Assembly: GCA_963575745.1 (NCBI GenBank)
Contig: CAUYUJ010000193.1
Coordinates: forward strand, 1-64,000
Direction of reading: 5' to 3'
From: Prorocentrum cordatum
Taxonomy: Eukaryota
Length of the DNA stretch: 64,000 nt
The translations under genes and the position numbers were made by a program. The notes beneath the pieces are model-generated. The model worked only from the letters and a program-made list of their open reading frames with translations, did not search any database and had not been told where the DNA came from. Numbering within the stretch: the stretch's first letter is position 1; each line of letters starts with the position of its first letter. Below are positions 12,201-23,828 of this stretch, piece after piece.

Positions 12201-14265
12201 ATTTAACACGGGTGTGGCCGCCTACTTGATCAGCCACAAGAGCGAATTCTACGATCCTATCTACCACGCCACAATAGCCATAGTAATTAAATTTGCGGAG
12301 TGGGTCTGGGACGGTAGAATACCCGACGGTCGTCTACATCGGGCTTGGGAGGCTCTTCGAGATAAGATCGGCACGCTGTCCTGGGCTAACACTCGGGGCC
12401 CGATCGGGGCCTGCTGGTTGACGTTACGACGCATTGGTTGGAACTTAGTATCTAGTCATATGGTGGCTGATGATCTAGGCATTGTTTTCGACTTGCGTGT
12501 TATGTGCCCTGCCGACCTGAAGGTTTTCCCCACCCAGGGGATCCAGCGTTGGCAGGACGAGCGGCTGCTCAAGCATTTTTATACAGCTGAGCCTGACGAG
12601 CAGATATGGCACCGAGGCTTACGCAACTCGGTGACGAGTATCAAGTGTGTTCGTGGACTTGGGGCCCTCCAAGCGCACTGGTCAGGGGACCTCCCCATAC
12701 CTCAGCTCCAAGATGCCCGTCAAAAGATCCCAATCAGGCCGTGTGCAGCTTGTGGGGCCCAGTCTCAGGGTATTTGGGGCCACGTGCTTTACGATTGCCC
12801 CGAGCTGCTCACGCAGCGCCAGGACTTCTTGGACATCTCAGAGTACTTGGAGGCAACCAGAGGCATGCTCTTGAAGGGGGGCGAGTGGTATGAGGGGCGT
12901 CTGGCTTGGGAGTCCAACTACCTGGTCTTTGGGGCCCCCGCTCCTCCTGCGGGTATCCCTGGGCTCGACACAATAAATTCGGAAGTTCTCCTGTGGGGCG
13001 ACACCGATGGGCCTTGGGGCCCCAAGAGCTATACCGACGGTTCGGGCTTCGCCTCCAGTGTTCCAGAGACTAGGCGGTGCGGGTACTCATGCATCCAGCT
13101 GGACCCCAAGACCCTGCTGCCAGTCCGTGCAGTCAACGGACCGCTGCCCTTCTTTGTGCAGACCGTTGGCCGTGCTGAGAGATATGCTATCAAAATGGGT
13201 GTGGAATTTCATCCTGATCATGAGCTGTTCGTGTCTGACCTCCTGGGGCTGGTTACTGAGGGCAAGTCTTGGGATCAATCCCTTCAGCGCGGCCGAGGCA
13301 AGCACGCCAGGATATGGCGCGAAATTTTTCAGGTTGCTCGGCGTCGAGTGCTCGCGTACCCAATCCGTTTCGAGTGGACTCCTGCACACCGTGACCCCGA
13401 CAGTGTGCTGGATAATCCTGATGAGTTGGAGAACTGGCTCGGCAATGCCTGGGCTGATTACTTCGCCAAGGCAGGTGCGGCGCACCACGTGATCGCCAAC
13501 GCGATCTCGGAGTCGCTCACAGAGGCTTTGAAAATCCATAAGGCCACGCTGCAGTTTGTGTCGTGGGCATGTATACGCGTCATTGTCTCGGAGAGTTGGG
13601 GCCGAGGTCCTCCGCCGCCCGTTCAGGATCCAGAGGCTCGTGAGGTTCTGGGTCAGCCAGTGTTGTTCGGCCGTGATTCAGATCATGATCTATGGTGGTG
13701 CAGGAGACTCAAGGAGCATAGGTGCAGGAGATGTGGGAGATCGGCTCGCTCGGACTCGACTTTAGCTTGGCTTAGGACAGGTTCGGGAAGGAAATGTGAG
13801 CCCTCTAGCCTCCAGAGCCTGGCCTGTGCGGAATGGTTTAAGAATTCGGGGGAGGTCTGGGTCAAAGCGTCGGACCCCCGTATTGCCCCGTCCCAAGTGC
13901 TCGTCGCGGACTTTTTGGGTGAGGGGCCTCGCGAGGCCTCGGAGGGACCCCTTCCTGGGCCCGTGGACCCTCCCCAGCAGCCTGAGAGCGGCGAGGCTTC
14001 AAACAGTTCAGGGTCGACCGAGCTCATAGCCGAGTTTGCGGCTCTGGGTCACGATGTCTTCTGTGTGAATTCGGTCTACTGTTGCCGTACGTGTGCTGGC
14101 ACGACGACCCTCGAGACGTCTCGGAGCGTTCGGAAGCTCCGTCGTCCTTGTGCTGGGCTCTCAGAGAATCCGAGCACGAGGGCCAACCAGCTGGGGTTGA
14201 TCGATAGGATCTTCCACGGCCGCCAAGGGCGCTCCAAGCGCCCCGAGGGCAAAGCGCAGACGTAA
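9262..14265 (+). pseudogene. LINE ORF2 (APE endonuclease - RT - CCHC - RNase H - Cys/His motifs) with one in-frame TAG at 11194-11196
   Basis: APE: IMSVN, AQETR, GVAILV, SAY, AGDWN, KIDYF, PPHYPV (~9487-10160). RT: LPKPDGDTRLI, LLDMSKCYD (11461), GILAGC, LMDD (11737-11748). C-x2-C-x9-H-x4-C at 12742-12798. RNase H: YTDGS (13030), QTVGRAE, VSD, WTPAH, GNAWADYFAK (13441). ORFs 9262-11196 and 11230-14265 are in the same frame. Confidence 0.93.
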
Positions 14266-14429
14266 CTCGTCTTGCCTCCCCTGGGAGCGGTTTCGCGGCG
14301 TCGGTTTTCCCTGGCCCTCGCCCGCCCTCTCAGTACATAATATTTCCGCCGCTTCGCGGCCCCTCAGGGTTCTCATTTGTTCCTGAGGCGTGTTCGACTC
14401 GGACGCGCTCTCAGCGGCCCTCACCCTCA

Positions 14430-14650
14430 CCTCCTCCTCCTCCTCCTCCTCCTCCTGCTCCTCCTCCTCCTGCTCCTCCTCCTCCCCCTCCTCTCCTCCT
14501 CCTCCTCCTCCTTCAAAAAAACTCCTCCTCTCCTCCTCACCCCTCACCTCCTCCTCCTCCTCCCCCCCATCCTCCTCTCCCCTCACTCCTCCTCCTCGCG
14601 CCTCCTCCTCCTCCTCCTCCTCCTCCCTCCTCCTCCTCCTCCTCCTCCTC
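14430..14650. repeat. (CCT)n tract, 3' tail or flank of the LINE
   Basis: Directly follows the 3' UTR, on the same strand as the 5' flank tract. Confidence 0.95.
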
Positions 14651-15161
14651 ATTGTTTCCCTCTACCGTAGGAGAGTCAGCTACGAGAGCTGATCCGCGGA
14701 CCCCCCTCCCCTTGCCATCCCCCCAATACCGTCGGACCGGAGCTGCTCTTCTTGGCATCGCTCGGACTTGCGCATTTTGTTGTGGCGAGGACTACTGTAG
14801 ACTCGCTCGCGCTCAGAGTCACCCGCGCTCAGTCCCTCGTGCTCATTTCAATCGTCTTCGTTCGTGTGGTGTATCCTGCCGCACATGTCGGCACACCCTT
14901 CAGACGTTCGTGGCCCCACAGGGAACGCCGCCGAAGAATCTATCAAGAGTTGCGGTCATGTGGTTGGGTCTTTCGCCAGGCTCGTTTTTTGGCGAGGACC
15001 ATCGAGGACCCTCTCGGGCAATCCTGCGAGAAAAGGCGCGCGGGAAGCCGAGAGATGCACGGGGAGCCTTGCCGCGAAGGTGGCGGCTCACGGGTCCTCG
15101 GCGCTTTCTTGGCCGCCTTCGGCCCCCCGGGCCCCATGCCAGCTCCTTTTCCCCCAAATTG

Positions 15162-15497
15162 GGGGGCCACATGCGAACCCTACCCCTACCCCCCACGATT
15201 TCTGAGGGGGAGGGTGGGGTTCACTTCGTTCGGGAGCTCCCCAGCGAAGTGAACCCCACCTCCTCCTCCTCCTCCTCCTCCTCCTCTCCCTCCTCCTCCT
15301 CCTGCCCTCCTCCTCCTCACCCCTCCTCCTCCTCCTCCCCCTCCTCCTCCTCCTCCTCCTCCTTCTCCTCCTCCTCCTCCTCCTCCTCCTCCCATCCTCC
15401 TCCTCCTCCTCTCCTCCTCCTCCTCCTCCTCCTCCTCCTCCTCCTCCTCCCCCTCCGAAATCGTGGGGGGTAGGGGCAGGGCTCGCAGGTGGCCCCC
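15162..15497. mobile_element. Palindromic MITE family B copy, right arm interrupted by ~190 bp of (CCT)n
   Basis: gggggccacatgcgaaccctaccc...gggagctcccc...gcaggtggccccc; homologous to 42797-42946. Confidence 0.85.
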
Positions 15498-17580
15498 TGC
15501 AAAGTGCCCCCCCTCGCGTCGCGGCCACAAGGACACGGCGGATGGTTTTTTTGGCCGGCTTCCGTCCTTGGGGACTCCTTCACTGGGCCCCGGGGCCGGT
15601 CACCATAACGATCCCTCGGGGGCTCCCAAACGGGGTGGTGACCACACCGTGTGGTGAGTCGGTGGGGATTCGGGGTCACCGCACGGTTTTGGGACTTGGG
15701 TCGTTCTCCGAGGATGTCTCGGGCGACTGGAGCCTCCAGGGTCCCAAGGCCGTGTGGTGACGGACCGTGCGGTGAGGTCTCTGCGGATTTCGAGGTCACC
15801 GCCAGGTCTGTCACCACACGGTTTTGGGACACCCAAATCCCACAGGATGCACAGCCGGCCCCCTCGAAAGGGTCGAGAATGACGGAAGCAGGCCTTGCGC
15901 TCTCCTTACCCAGAGATCCGCTGTCTGGACTTGTTTCAATGCGGGGTCCACCACAGTGGAGACCCATGCCAAGAAGCACCCTGCTTGCCTCCAGGGTGCC
16001 CTGGGTTTCTCGGGTTGCCCTTGGTCTTGCTACGGGAAGCGTGACAATCCCACACCAAACATCCATGGACGTCCAGGGTCTCAGGTTGGGTTTCTTGTGG
16101 ACGGTTTTGCGGTCGGGCCCCTACCATAACACTTCCCGACCCCTTCCCTGGGGCCGCTTTTTGAGTCCTTCCCTTCCCGTCCCCCACGGGCCCGACGGAG
16201 GCCCCTCTGGGCCGACACAGCGGCCCAGAGCCTCCCGTCGTCGCTCTTTTACCAGGACGCGAGGATGTCAGGGCTACGTCGGGCGTGTCCCTCTACAGGA
16301 GGGACATCCAGAAATAGCCAAGAAACAGTCGGGGTACGATCGCTCGACTCCTGTCCCTGGGAGGAGGAGGAGGGGAGGAGGGAGGAAAAGGGAGTAGGAT
16401 GGGAGGAGAGGGGAGGAGGGAGGAAAGGAGGGAGGAGGAGGAGAGAGGAGGAGGGATGAGGATGAGGAGGGAGGACGAGGAGGGGGAGGAGAGGAGGAGG
16501 AGGAGGGTACCCTCTTTGGCTGTTTTCTGCACATTTCTTTGGTTTTTCCTCCACACGCCCTGCAGTGGCACACGGCACGACCTGCACGTGTCGGGGCCTT
16601 CCCCGCCCGCCGGAAGGTCACCGGCCTGGACACACATCCCTTGTCCTGTGCTGGCCCGAGGCTCGGTCACATGCCACTCTTGTCAGTATGTGCAGGCCTC
16701 CTGGGTCTGAGGCTGGCTCCTCCTCCTCCTCTCCCCCTCCTCCTCCTCCTCCTCCTCCCCTCTCCTCCTCCTCCTCCTCCTCCTCCTCCTCCTCCTCCTC
16801 CTCCTCCTCCTCCTCCTCCCTCCCCTCCCCCTCCCTCCTCCCCCCTCCTCCTCCTCCTCCTCCTCCTCCTCCTCCTCCTCCTCCTCCTCGTCACGAGGCC
16901 ACTCTTCGGGACTCCTTTCTATTTTTTCTGAGGGCGGAGATCCCTGAGATTGTTGTCACCGCCTGTGGGCGTGTCAAGCTTAGGGATAGGCATTAAGCTC
17001 GAGGCTGGTCAAGAAGGCCCCTGCTCCTCCTCCTTCTCCGCCACCTCCTCCTCCTTCCCCCCCCCCCCCCCCCCCCTTTCCCCTCCTCCTCCTCCTCCCC
17101 CTCCCTCCTCCCCCCCCCCTCATCCTCCCCCTCCTCCTCCTCCTCGTTCCTCCTCCTCCTCCTCCCCTCCTCCTCCTCTCCTCCTCCTCCTCCTCCTTCC
17201 TCCTCCTCCTCCTCCTCCTCCTCCTCCTCCTCCTCCTCCTCCCCCTCCCTCCCTCCTCTCTCCTCCTGCTCCTCCTCCTCCCCCTCCCTCCTCCCCCTCC
17301 TCCTCCTCCTCCTCCTCCTCCTCCTCCTCCTCCTCCTCCTCCTCCTCCTCCTCCTTGCTGCCTTCGCCGCGTCCTCGAGTGTTCGAGCGCAGGACTCTCC
17401 CAGATCACCAGGTGTGTGTGTGTTTTTCCGGATTCTACATGGCAGACGCTCTACGAGAGCGCGTGAAAGCCGCAAACTGAAAGCCGTGCGCGTCCCGCTC
17501 GGCTTTCAGCGGAAGAGGTTCGCCCTCGCCCCGCAGATCAAAACACATGTCTTATGAGGTCTGTAGGTTCTCATGCTATA

Positions 17581-17740
17581 CACCTCAGGCGATGGTTAAG
17601 CAAACCCAAGTTTTCGGCCTGAGTCTCGATTATTCTTAATGTTTCCATGCACATCCTAAGATTTCGATGGAAATTCTGGGCTTCTACTCAAGTTCTGAGA
17701 CTATGAATTTCTTAACCCATGATTTCTTAAGCATTTCGCA
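17581..17740 (+). mobile_element. MITE family A copy with truncated right TIR
   Basis: Homologous to 23665-23828 and 54068-54232; preceded by TA. Confidence 0.85.
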
Positions 17741-18174
17741 TGCTATAGCACGGTTATGCTGGCTGGTGTAGACATATATAGTTTCTACATGCTAGATGCT
17801 AGATGCTAGATGTTGCGGGTGTTAGAGATGTAAAAGGTAGATGAGTTTACATGCCAGATGCTATAGCATAACTCCGATCGGCTCTCATCTTATCACATGG
17901 CCATGCTCTTCTTCTAAGACCCAGCAGACCCCGGGAGGCCCCGGCGAGCCCCGGCGCGGCCGCCGGAGAGCAGGCCGAGGGCGCGCGCGGCGCGGCGGCC
18001 GGCGGTGCGGCGGCGCGGCCGCGCGAGCGGGGGCGCGGCGCGGAGGCCGAGGACGGGCGGCTCCAATCAGGAGGGGCACAATGAGTCGTCCACTCCCAGG
18101 GAAAATATGGGAAGATATGGCAAGTGGGTGGGGGAAGACAAGAGCCCAGAGAATATCGGAATATGTGTGTGTGT

Positions 18175-18223
<49 letters not shown>

Positions 18224-18270
18224 AGGGCCCCTTCATCAGAGAGGGGGTCCCGAGGTCGGCATCGTTGGGG

Positions 18271-18459
18271 GAACAAGAAGTGGCACAAACATAAAAACTC
18301 GGAGGTCCGCGCGGATTTCTCGGATCGGCGCTGGACCCCCTCCCTGGCGCGCGGAGCGCGGCAGGGGCGGCGCTGGAGGCGCCGCCGGGGGGGTTGGAGC
18401 GCGGATCCGAGAAGTCCGCGCGGACCTCCGAGTTTTTATGTTTATGCCACTTTTTGTTC
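18271..18459. mobile_element. TIR element family F (~55-bp inverted ends); relatives at ~54250-54420, ~60555-60730, partial at ~57330-57430
   Basis: gtggcacaaacataaaaactcggaggtccgcgcggatttctcggatc versus gatccgagaagtccgcgcggacctccgagtttttatgtttatgccac. Confidence 0.8.
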
Positions 18460-18871
18460 TCCTAATCGTTGAGCCGAAGCCCATCCCCATCCTCATGCAG
18501 ACCCCCCGCAGCCTTGCGCCCCAGTTGGGGACACACACACACACCTCGGAGCCCGAAGGGAACGGCCCACACCCCCATCTCGGGGGGGCAGTCGATGGGG
18601 GCTTAGGGATGGGAAGAGAGCCATGGGTGGATTTTCGCTGTTTGAGGCACCTCGTCCTCAGGACCCCATCCCGCAGGATCCCCCCCCTCTTTGACCTGCC
18701 GCGAGGAGAGGCGCGGCTCGGCCGAAGGAGCTGCGCCGGCGGGTGCTCCCGCAGCGGAAGCGCAGGGGTCGCCGTCCGCGCGCGGCCGCGGCGGCGGCGA
18801 AGCCGCCGCGGCGGGGCAGGTGAGTCCTCCTGCCGAGACGCAGTCGTACGACTCAGGTCAGCGAGCGAAGA

Positions 18872-19022
18872 ACGGTATAAGATAAACTTTTTCGCTGTCG
18901 GGGGCGCCTGTCCCTGGGCGGCTGGAAAGTTTATACCCCTACGGTGCCACCGTAAGGGCATAAACGTTCCAGCCGCCCAGGGACAAGCGCCCCCGACAGC
19001 GAAAAAGTTTATCTTATACCGT
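18872..19022. repeat. 151-bp near-perfect palindrome, centre 18947
   Basis: acggtataagataaactttttcgctgtcgggggcgc...acggtg-c-caccgt...gcgcccccgacagcgaaaaagtttatcttataccgt. Confidence 0.93.
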
Positions 19023-19063
19023 CCTTCCCCCGTTAATCAGGGCTCGTCGACACAGAGGTCCAG

Positions 19064-22000
19064 GCTGACCTTTGCTGTGCTGGCAGGGGGGCAGCGTCGC
19101 CACGAGCGCATGGTGTGGTCGAGACGCGGGCGCACCACATGGATCTTGGTGTGGAGGCCCAGGCCAGCAGCGGTGTCGCTGACGGGGAGGTTGCATCTGC
19201 TCTGCCTGGCACTCCTGAAACGGCACAGAGCTGCAAGATGGGACCCAGCTTGCAGGCCGAGGTGAGCCATGGCGGTGCTCAACGAGCAGCAGCTCTGGCC
19301 CCTGCAGGTGCTCCTGCAGAGACGCGGGAACACGGGCTCGGAGAGGGGGCCCAGGCCAGCCGTGCTCCTGACGGTCCCACAGCTGCACTGGCACTGCTGG
19401 GCGCTCCTGGAGGGGCACGGGTGTACGGGTTCGACGAGGAGGCGCAGGCCAGGCGTGGTCTCGATGGCGCCCCGGCTGCATCGGCACCGCTGGGCGCTCC
19501 CGCAGAGGCACGGGCGTGCCACCTCGGCACCGACGCAGAGGCCCTGACTGGCTCTGACCTTGCCGATGGAGCAGCAGCAGCGGCCACGGCGGACGCCTCT
19601 GCGCAGCAGCAGGCGCGCGACGCGAACCTCCGCGCAGAGGCCAGGGCCTGCCGCGGCCGCGCTGGTGCTGCTGCCGCACCGGCACCGGCCGCCGCCCCCC
19701 TGCCGGCGGAGGCCTGCGAGGCCGGGCTCGGCGCGGAGGCCCAGAGGCGCAGTGGCTGCGCTGCTCCAGCTGGTTCGTCTGCAGAGGCGCTGCCAGCCGC
19801 GCTGATGCTGGCGGCTGCTCCCGCAGAGACGCAGGCGTATGGCAGCAGCGAGGAGGCCCCGGCAGGCCACGGTTACGACGATGAGGCAGACCTGTCTGCT
19901 CGGACCGGCGTTCCCGCCGAGACGCAGGCGTATGGGCTAGAGTTCGGTCTGGCGGCTCAGGCTGACGGACAAGCTGCATCGGGCCCAGCGGGCGTCTCTG
20001 CACAGATGCAGGCGTGCGAGGTCGGGCCTGGGTTGGAGGCTGAGGCAAGCCAAGACATCACTCGCACAGCAGCTGCTTCGGACCTCCAGGTCGCCCCTGC
20101 AGAGACGCAAGCGTATGAACTGGCGCTGGATGCAGAGGCCCAGTTTAGCCCTCGCCTCGTCGATGGAGCAGCCGCGGCGGCCACGGCAGACGCCTCTGCG
20201 CAGCAGCAGGCGCGCGACGCGGAGCTCGCTGCGGAGGCCCAGAGGCGCAGTGGCTGCGCTGACGAGGCAGCTGCACCGCCTCCAGCTGGTTCGTCTGCAG
20301 AGCGCTGCTGCCAGCCGCGCTGATGCTGGCGGCTGCTCCCGCCAGAGACGCAGGCGTATGGGCAGCAAGCGAGGAGGCCCAGGCAGGCCACGGCCACGAC
20401 GATGAGTCAGATCTGTCTGCTCTGACCGGCGTTCCCGCCGGCCAAGACGTCAGGCGTATGGGCTAGAGTTCGTTCTGGCGGCTGAGATGAGACAAGCTGC
20501 ATCGGCCCAGCGGGCGTCCTCCTGCACAGATGCAGCGTTGCGAGGAGCCTGGGTTGAGGCTGAGGCAAGCTATGTATCACTCGCACAGCAGGCTGCTTCG
20601 GACCTCCAGGTCGCCCCTGCGAGACTCAAGCGTATGAACAGTCGCTGGATGCAGAGGCACCGGTTTGCCCACGCCTCGTCGATGGAGCAGACCGCGGCTT
20701 CCACGGCAACGCCAGCCTCTTCGCATAAAGCAGCGCGCGACGCGAGCTCGCTGTGGAGGCCCAGAGGCGCAGTGGCTGCGCTGACGAGGCAGCTGCACCG
20801 CCTCCAGCTGGTTCGTCTGCAGAGGCGCTGCCAGCCGCGCTGATGCTGGCGGCTGCTCCCGCAGAGACGCAGGCGTATGGCAGCAGCGAGGAGGCCCAGG
20901 CAGGCCACGGTTACGACGATGAGGTAGACCTGTCTGCTCGGACCGGCGTTCCCGCCGAGACGCAGGCGTATGGGCTAGAGTTCGGTCTGGCGGCTGAGGA
21001 TGATGGACAAGCTGCATCGGGCCCAGCGGGCGTCTCTGCACAGATGCAGGCGTGCGAGGTCGGGCCTGGGTTGGAGGCTGAGGCAAGCCAAGACATCACT
21101 CGCACAGCAGCTGCTTCGGACCTCCAGGTCGCCCCTGCAGAGACGCAAGCGTACGAACTGGCGCTGGATGCAGAGGCCCAGGTTAGCCTTCGCCTCGTCG
21201 CTGGAGCAGCCGCGGCGGCCACGGCAGACGCCTCTGCGCAGCAGCAGGCGCGCGACGCGGAGCTCGCTGCGGAGGCCCAGAGGCGCAGTGGCTGTGCTGA
21301 CGAGGCAGCTGCACCGCCTCCAGCTGGTTCGTCTGCAGAGGCGCTGCCAGCCGCGCTGATGCTGGCGGCTGCTCCCGCAGAGACGCAGGCGTATGGCAGC
21401 AGCGAGGAGGCCCAGGCAGGCCACGGTTACGACGATGAGGCAGACCTGTCTGCTCGGACCGGCGTTCCCGCCGAGACGCAGGCGTATGGGCTAGGGTTCG
21501 GTCTGGCGGCTGAGGATGACGGACAAGCTGCATCGGGCCCAGCGGGCGTCTCTGCACAGATGCAGGCGTGCGAGGTCGGGCCTGGGTTGGAGGCTGAGGC
21601 AAGCCAAGACATCACTCGCACAGCAGCTGCTGCGGACCTCCAGGTCGCCCCTGCAGAGACGCAAGCGTATGAACTGGCGCTGGATGCAGAGGCCCAGGTT
21701 AGCCCTCGCCTCGTCGACGGAGCAGCCGCGGCGGCCACGGCAGACGCCTCTGCGCAGCAGCAGGCGCGCGACGCGGAGCTCGCTGCGGAGGCCCAGAGGC
21801 GCAGTGGCTGTGCTGACGAGGCAGCTGCACCGCCTCCAGCTGGTTCGTCTGCAGAGGCGCTGCCAGCCGCGCTGATGCTGGCGGCTGCTCCCGCAGAGAC
21901 GCAGGCGTATGGCAGCAGCGAGGAGGCCCAGGCAGGCCACGGCCACGACGATGAGGCAGACCTGTCTGCTCGGACTGGCGTTCCCGCCGAGACGCAGGCG

Positions 22001-22561
22001 TATGGGCTAGAGTTCGGTCTGGCGGCTCAGGCTGACGGACAAGCTGCATCGGGCCCAGCGGGCGTCTCTGCACAGATGCAGGCGTGCGAGGTGAGGCCTG
22101 GGTTGGAGGCTGAGGCAAGCTATGGTATCACTCGCACAGCAGCTGCTTCGGACCTTCAGGTCGCCCCTGCAGAGACGCAAGCGTACGAACTGGCGCTGGA
22201 TGCAGAGGCCCAGTTTAGCCCTTGCCTCGTCGATGGAGCAGCCGCGGCGGCCACGGCAGACGCCTCTGCGCAGCAGCAGGCGCGCGACGCGGAGCTCGCT
22301 GCGGAGGCCCAGAGGCGCAGTGGCTGTGCTGACGAGGCAGCTGCACCGCCTCCAGCTGGTTCGTCTGCAGAGGCGCTGCCAGCCGCGCTGATGCTGGCGG
22401 CTCCTCCCGCAGAGACGCAGGCGTATGGCAGCAGCGAGGAGGCCCAGGCAGGCCACGGTTACGACGATGAGGCAGACCTGTCTGCTCGGACCGGCGTTCC
22501 CGCCGAGACGCAGGCGTATGGGCTAGAGTTCGGTCTGGCGTCAACAGACGACTCAGGATGA
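19064..22561 (+). CDS. Large exon of an Ala/Glu-rich protein built from 516-bp (172-aa) tandem repeats with ETQAY motifs; one copy (~20300-20755) is frameshifted
   Basis: Unit length is a multiple of 3 (about 20756, 21272, 21788, 22304). The frame is open in 19115-20323 and 20753-22561. The non-repeat 5' part has the same composition. Exon boundaries are uncertain. Confidence 0.65.
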
Positions 22562-23256
22562 AAAACTGGTCCCGGGGAAGGGGAATGGGTCGAATCCTCC
22601 GGAGGTCCATGCTGTGACAGAATCATGGCGTCGCGGGTCTGGGTTGTCCTTGTCCTGATCTCCTGATCTCCCCCAGTCTCCGACGCTCGGCGGTACGTCG
22701 TCCGGCCTTGTCGGCTCGACGTGGTCGGCGTAGATGGGAGAGGTTTTGGGAAAGATGGTAGGAGGAGGAGGAGGAGGAGGATTAGGGAGGAGGATGAGGA
22801 GAGGAAGGAGGAGGCAGAGGAGGAGGAGGTAGAGAGGAGTAGGAGGGAGGAGGAGTAGGAGGAGGGATGAGGAGGAAAGGAGGAGGAGGATGAGGAGGAT
22901 GAGGAGGAGGGCATCGAGTTTGAGGATCTGAGGTTTTGGGACGATCGGAACGAGCAGGGCCATCGCACGGTCCGGCGGCTCGGCTGCGGACAGCTCCTTC
23001 TCCTCCTCCTCCTCCTCCTCCTCCTTCGCTAGCACCACCTCCTCCTTTTCTGAGCTCCTGCCTCCTCTTCCCTCCTCCTCATACCTGCTTCTTGCTCCTC
23101 CTCCCTCCTCATCTTCCTCCCTCCCCCTCCTCCTCCCTCCTCCACCTCCTCCTCCTCCTCCGCCTCCCCCCCCTCCTCCTCAGCCGTCCTTCCTGGGGGC
23201 GCCTTGGACCAGGGGCACTTCTAGCAACACCCGACTCGCTGTCCCTCCCTCGTCAG

Positions 23257-23376
23257 GGGGGCGCAGCGCGGGCAGCGGGCGCGCCTCGCCTGGAGGAGCG
23301 GAGGCGGGCCGAGGCGGCCGCGAGGGCGTCCATCGCCACGCAGGCCTACGGCTCCGAGAGCGAGTCCGAGGCCGAG
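23257..23376 (+). CDS. Candidate 120-bp exon of the same gene (GGAARAAGAPRLEERRRAEAAARASIATQAYGSESESEAE)
   Basis: CAG|G acceptor, AG|GC donor, and the shared TQAYG motif. Confidence 0.55.
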
Positions 23377-23432
23377 GCTCATCGGCGTCACCCCACCATG
23401 CTAGTACTGTGTGTGTGCGCCCGCGCGCGCGC

Positions 23433-23490
<58 letters not shown>

Positions 23491-23664
23491 CTGTGTGTGT
23501 GTGTGTGACTGTGTGTGTGACTGTGTGTGTGACTGTGTGTGTGAGTGTGTCGCCCATCGAGGGGCGACGCGCTCGCCGAGAAATCTTAGTTATAGCATGG
23601 CGGGCGCTTCCTGGCCATACCGCTCGGGAAACGATACGATACGATACGATACAATCTGCTTGTA

Positions 23665-23828
23665 CACCTTGGGCGATGCTTAAGAAAACCCAAGTTTTCG
23701 GCCAGAGTCTCGATTATTCTTAACTTTTCAATGTAAATCCCAAGATTTTGATAGAAGTTCTGGGTTTTATTCAAGTTCTGAGACTATGAATTTCTTAACC
23801 CATGATTTCTTAAGCATTTCGCAGGGTG
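23665..23828 (+). mobile_element. MITE family A (164 bp, ~23-bp imperfect TIR CACC...GGTG, TA TSD; Tc1/mariner-type)
   Basis: TA|caccttgggcgatgcttaagaaa ... tttcttaagcatttcgcagggtg|TA; empty-site paralog at ~36925-37103. Confidence 0.9.

Larger units (their letters stand above)
7337..14430 (+). mobile_element. Apparently full-length non-LTR retrotransposon (LINE, APE-type, RNase H-bearing)
   Basis: SL at the 5' end, ORF1, ORF2 with APE/RT/RNase H motifs, ~165-bp 3' UTR, ending ccctcaccctca-(CCT)n. No LTRs seen. Confidence 0.93.

Noticed and set aside
7190..14680. Target-site duplication for the LINE
   Set aside because: Both junctions lie in (CCT)n, so a TSD cannot be resolved. The aggagag match outside the tracts is too short and not at the junctions.
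20300..20755. Genuine pseudogenisation of the 516-bp repeat exon
   Set aside because: Many scattered 1-2 nt indels confined to one unit between near-identical neighbours look like unpolished long-read error. Raw reads are needed to be sure.
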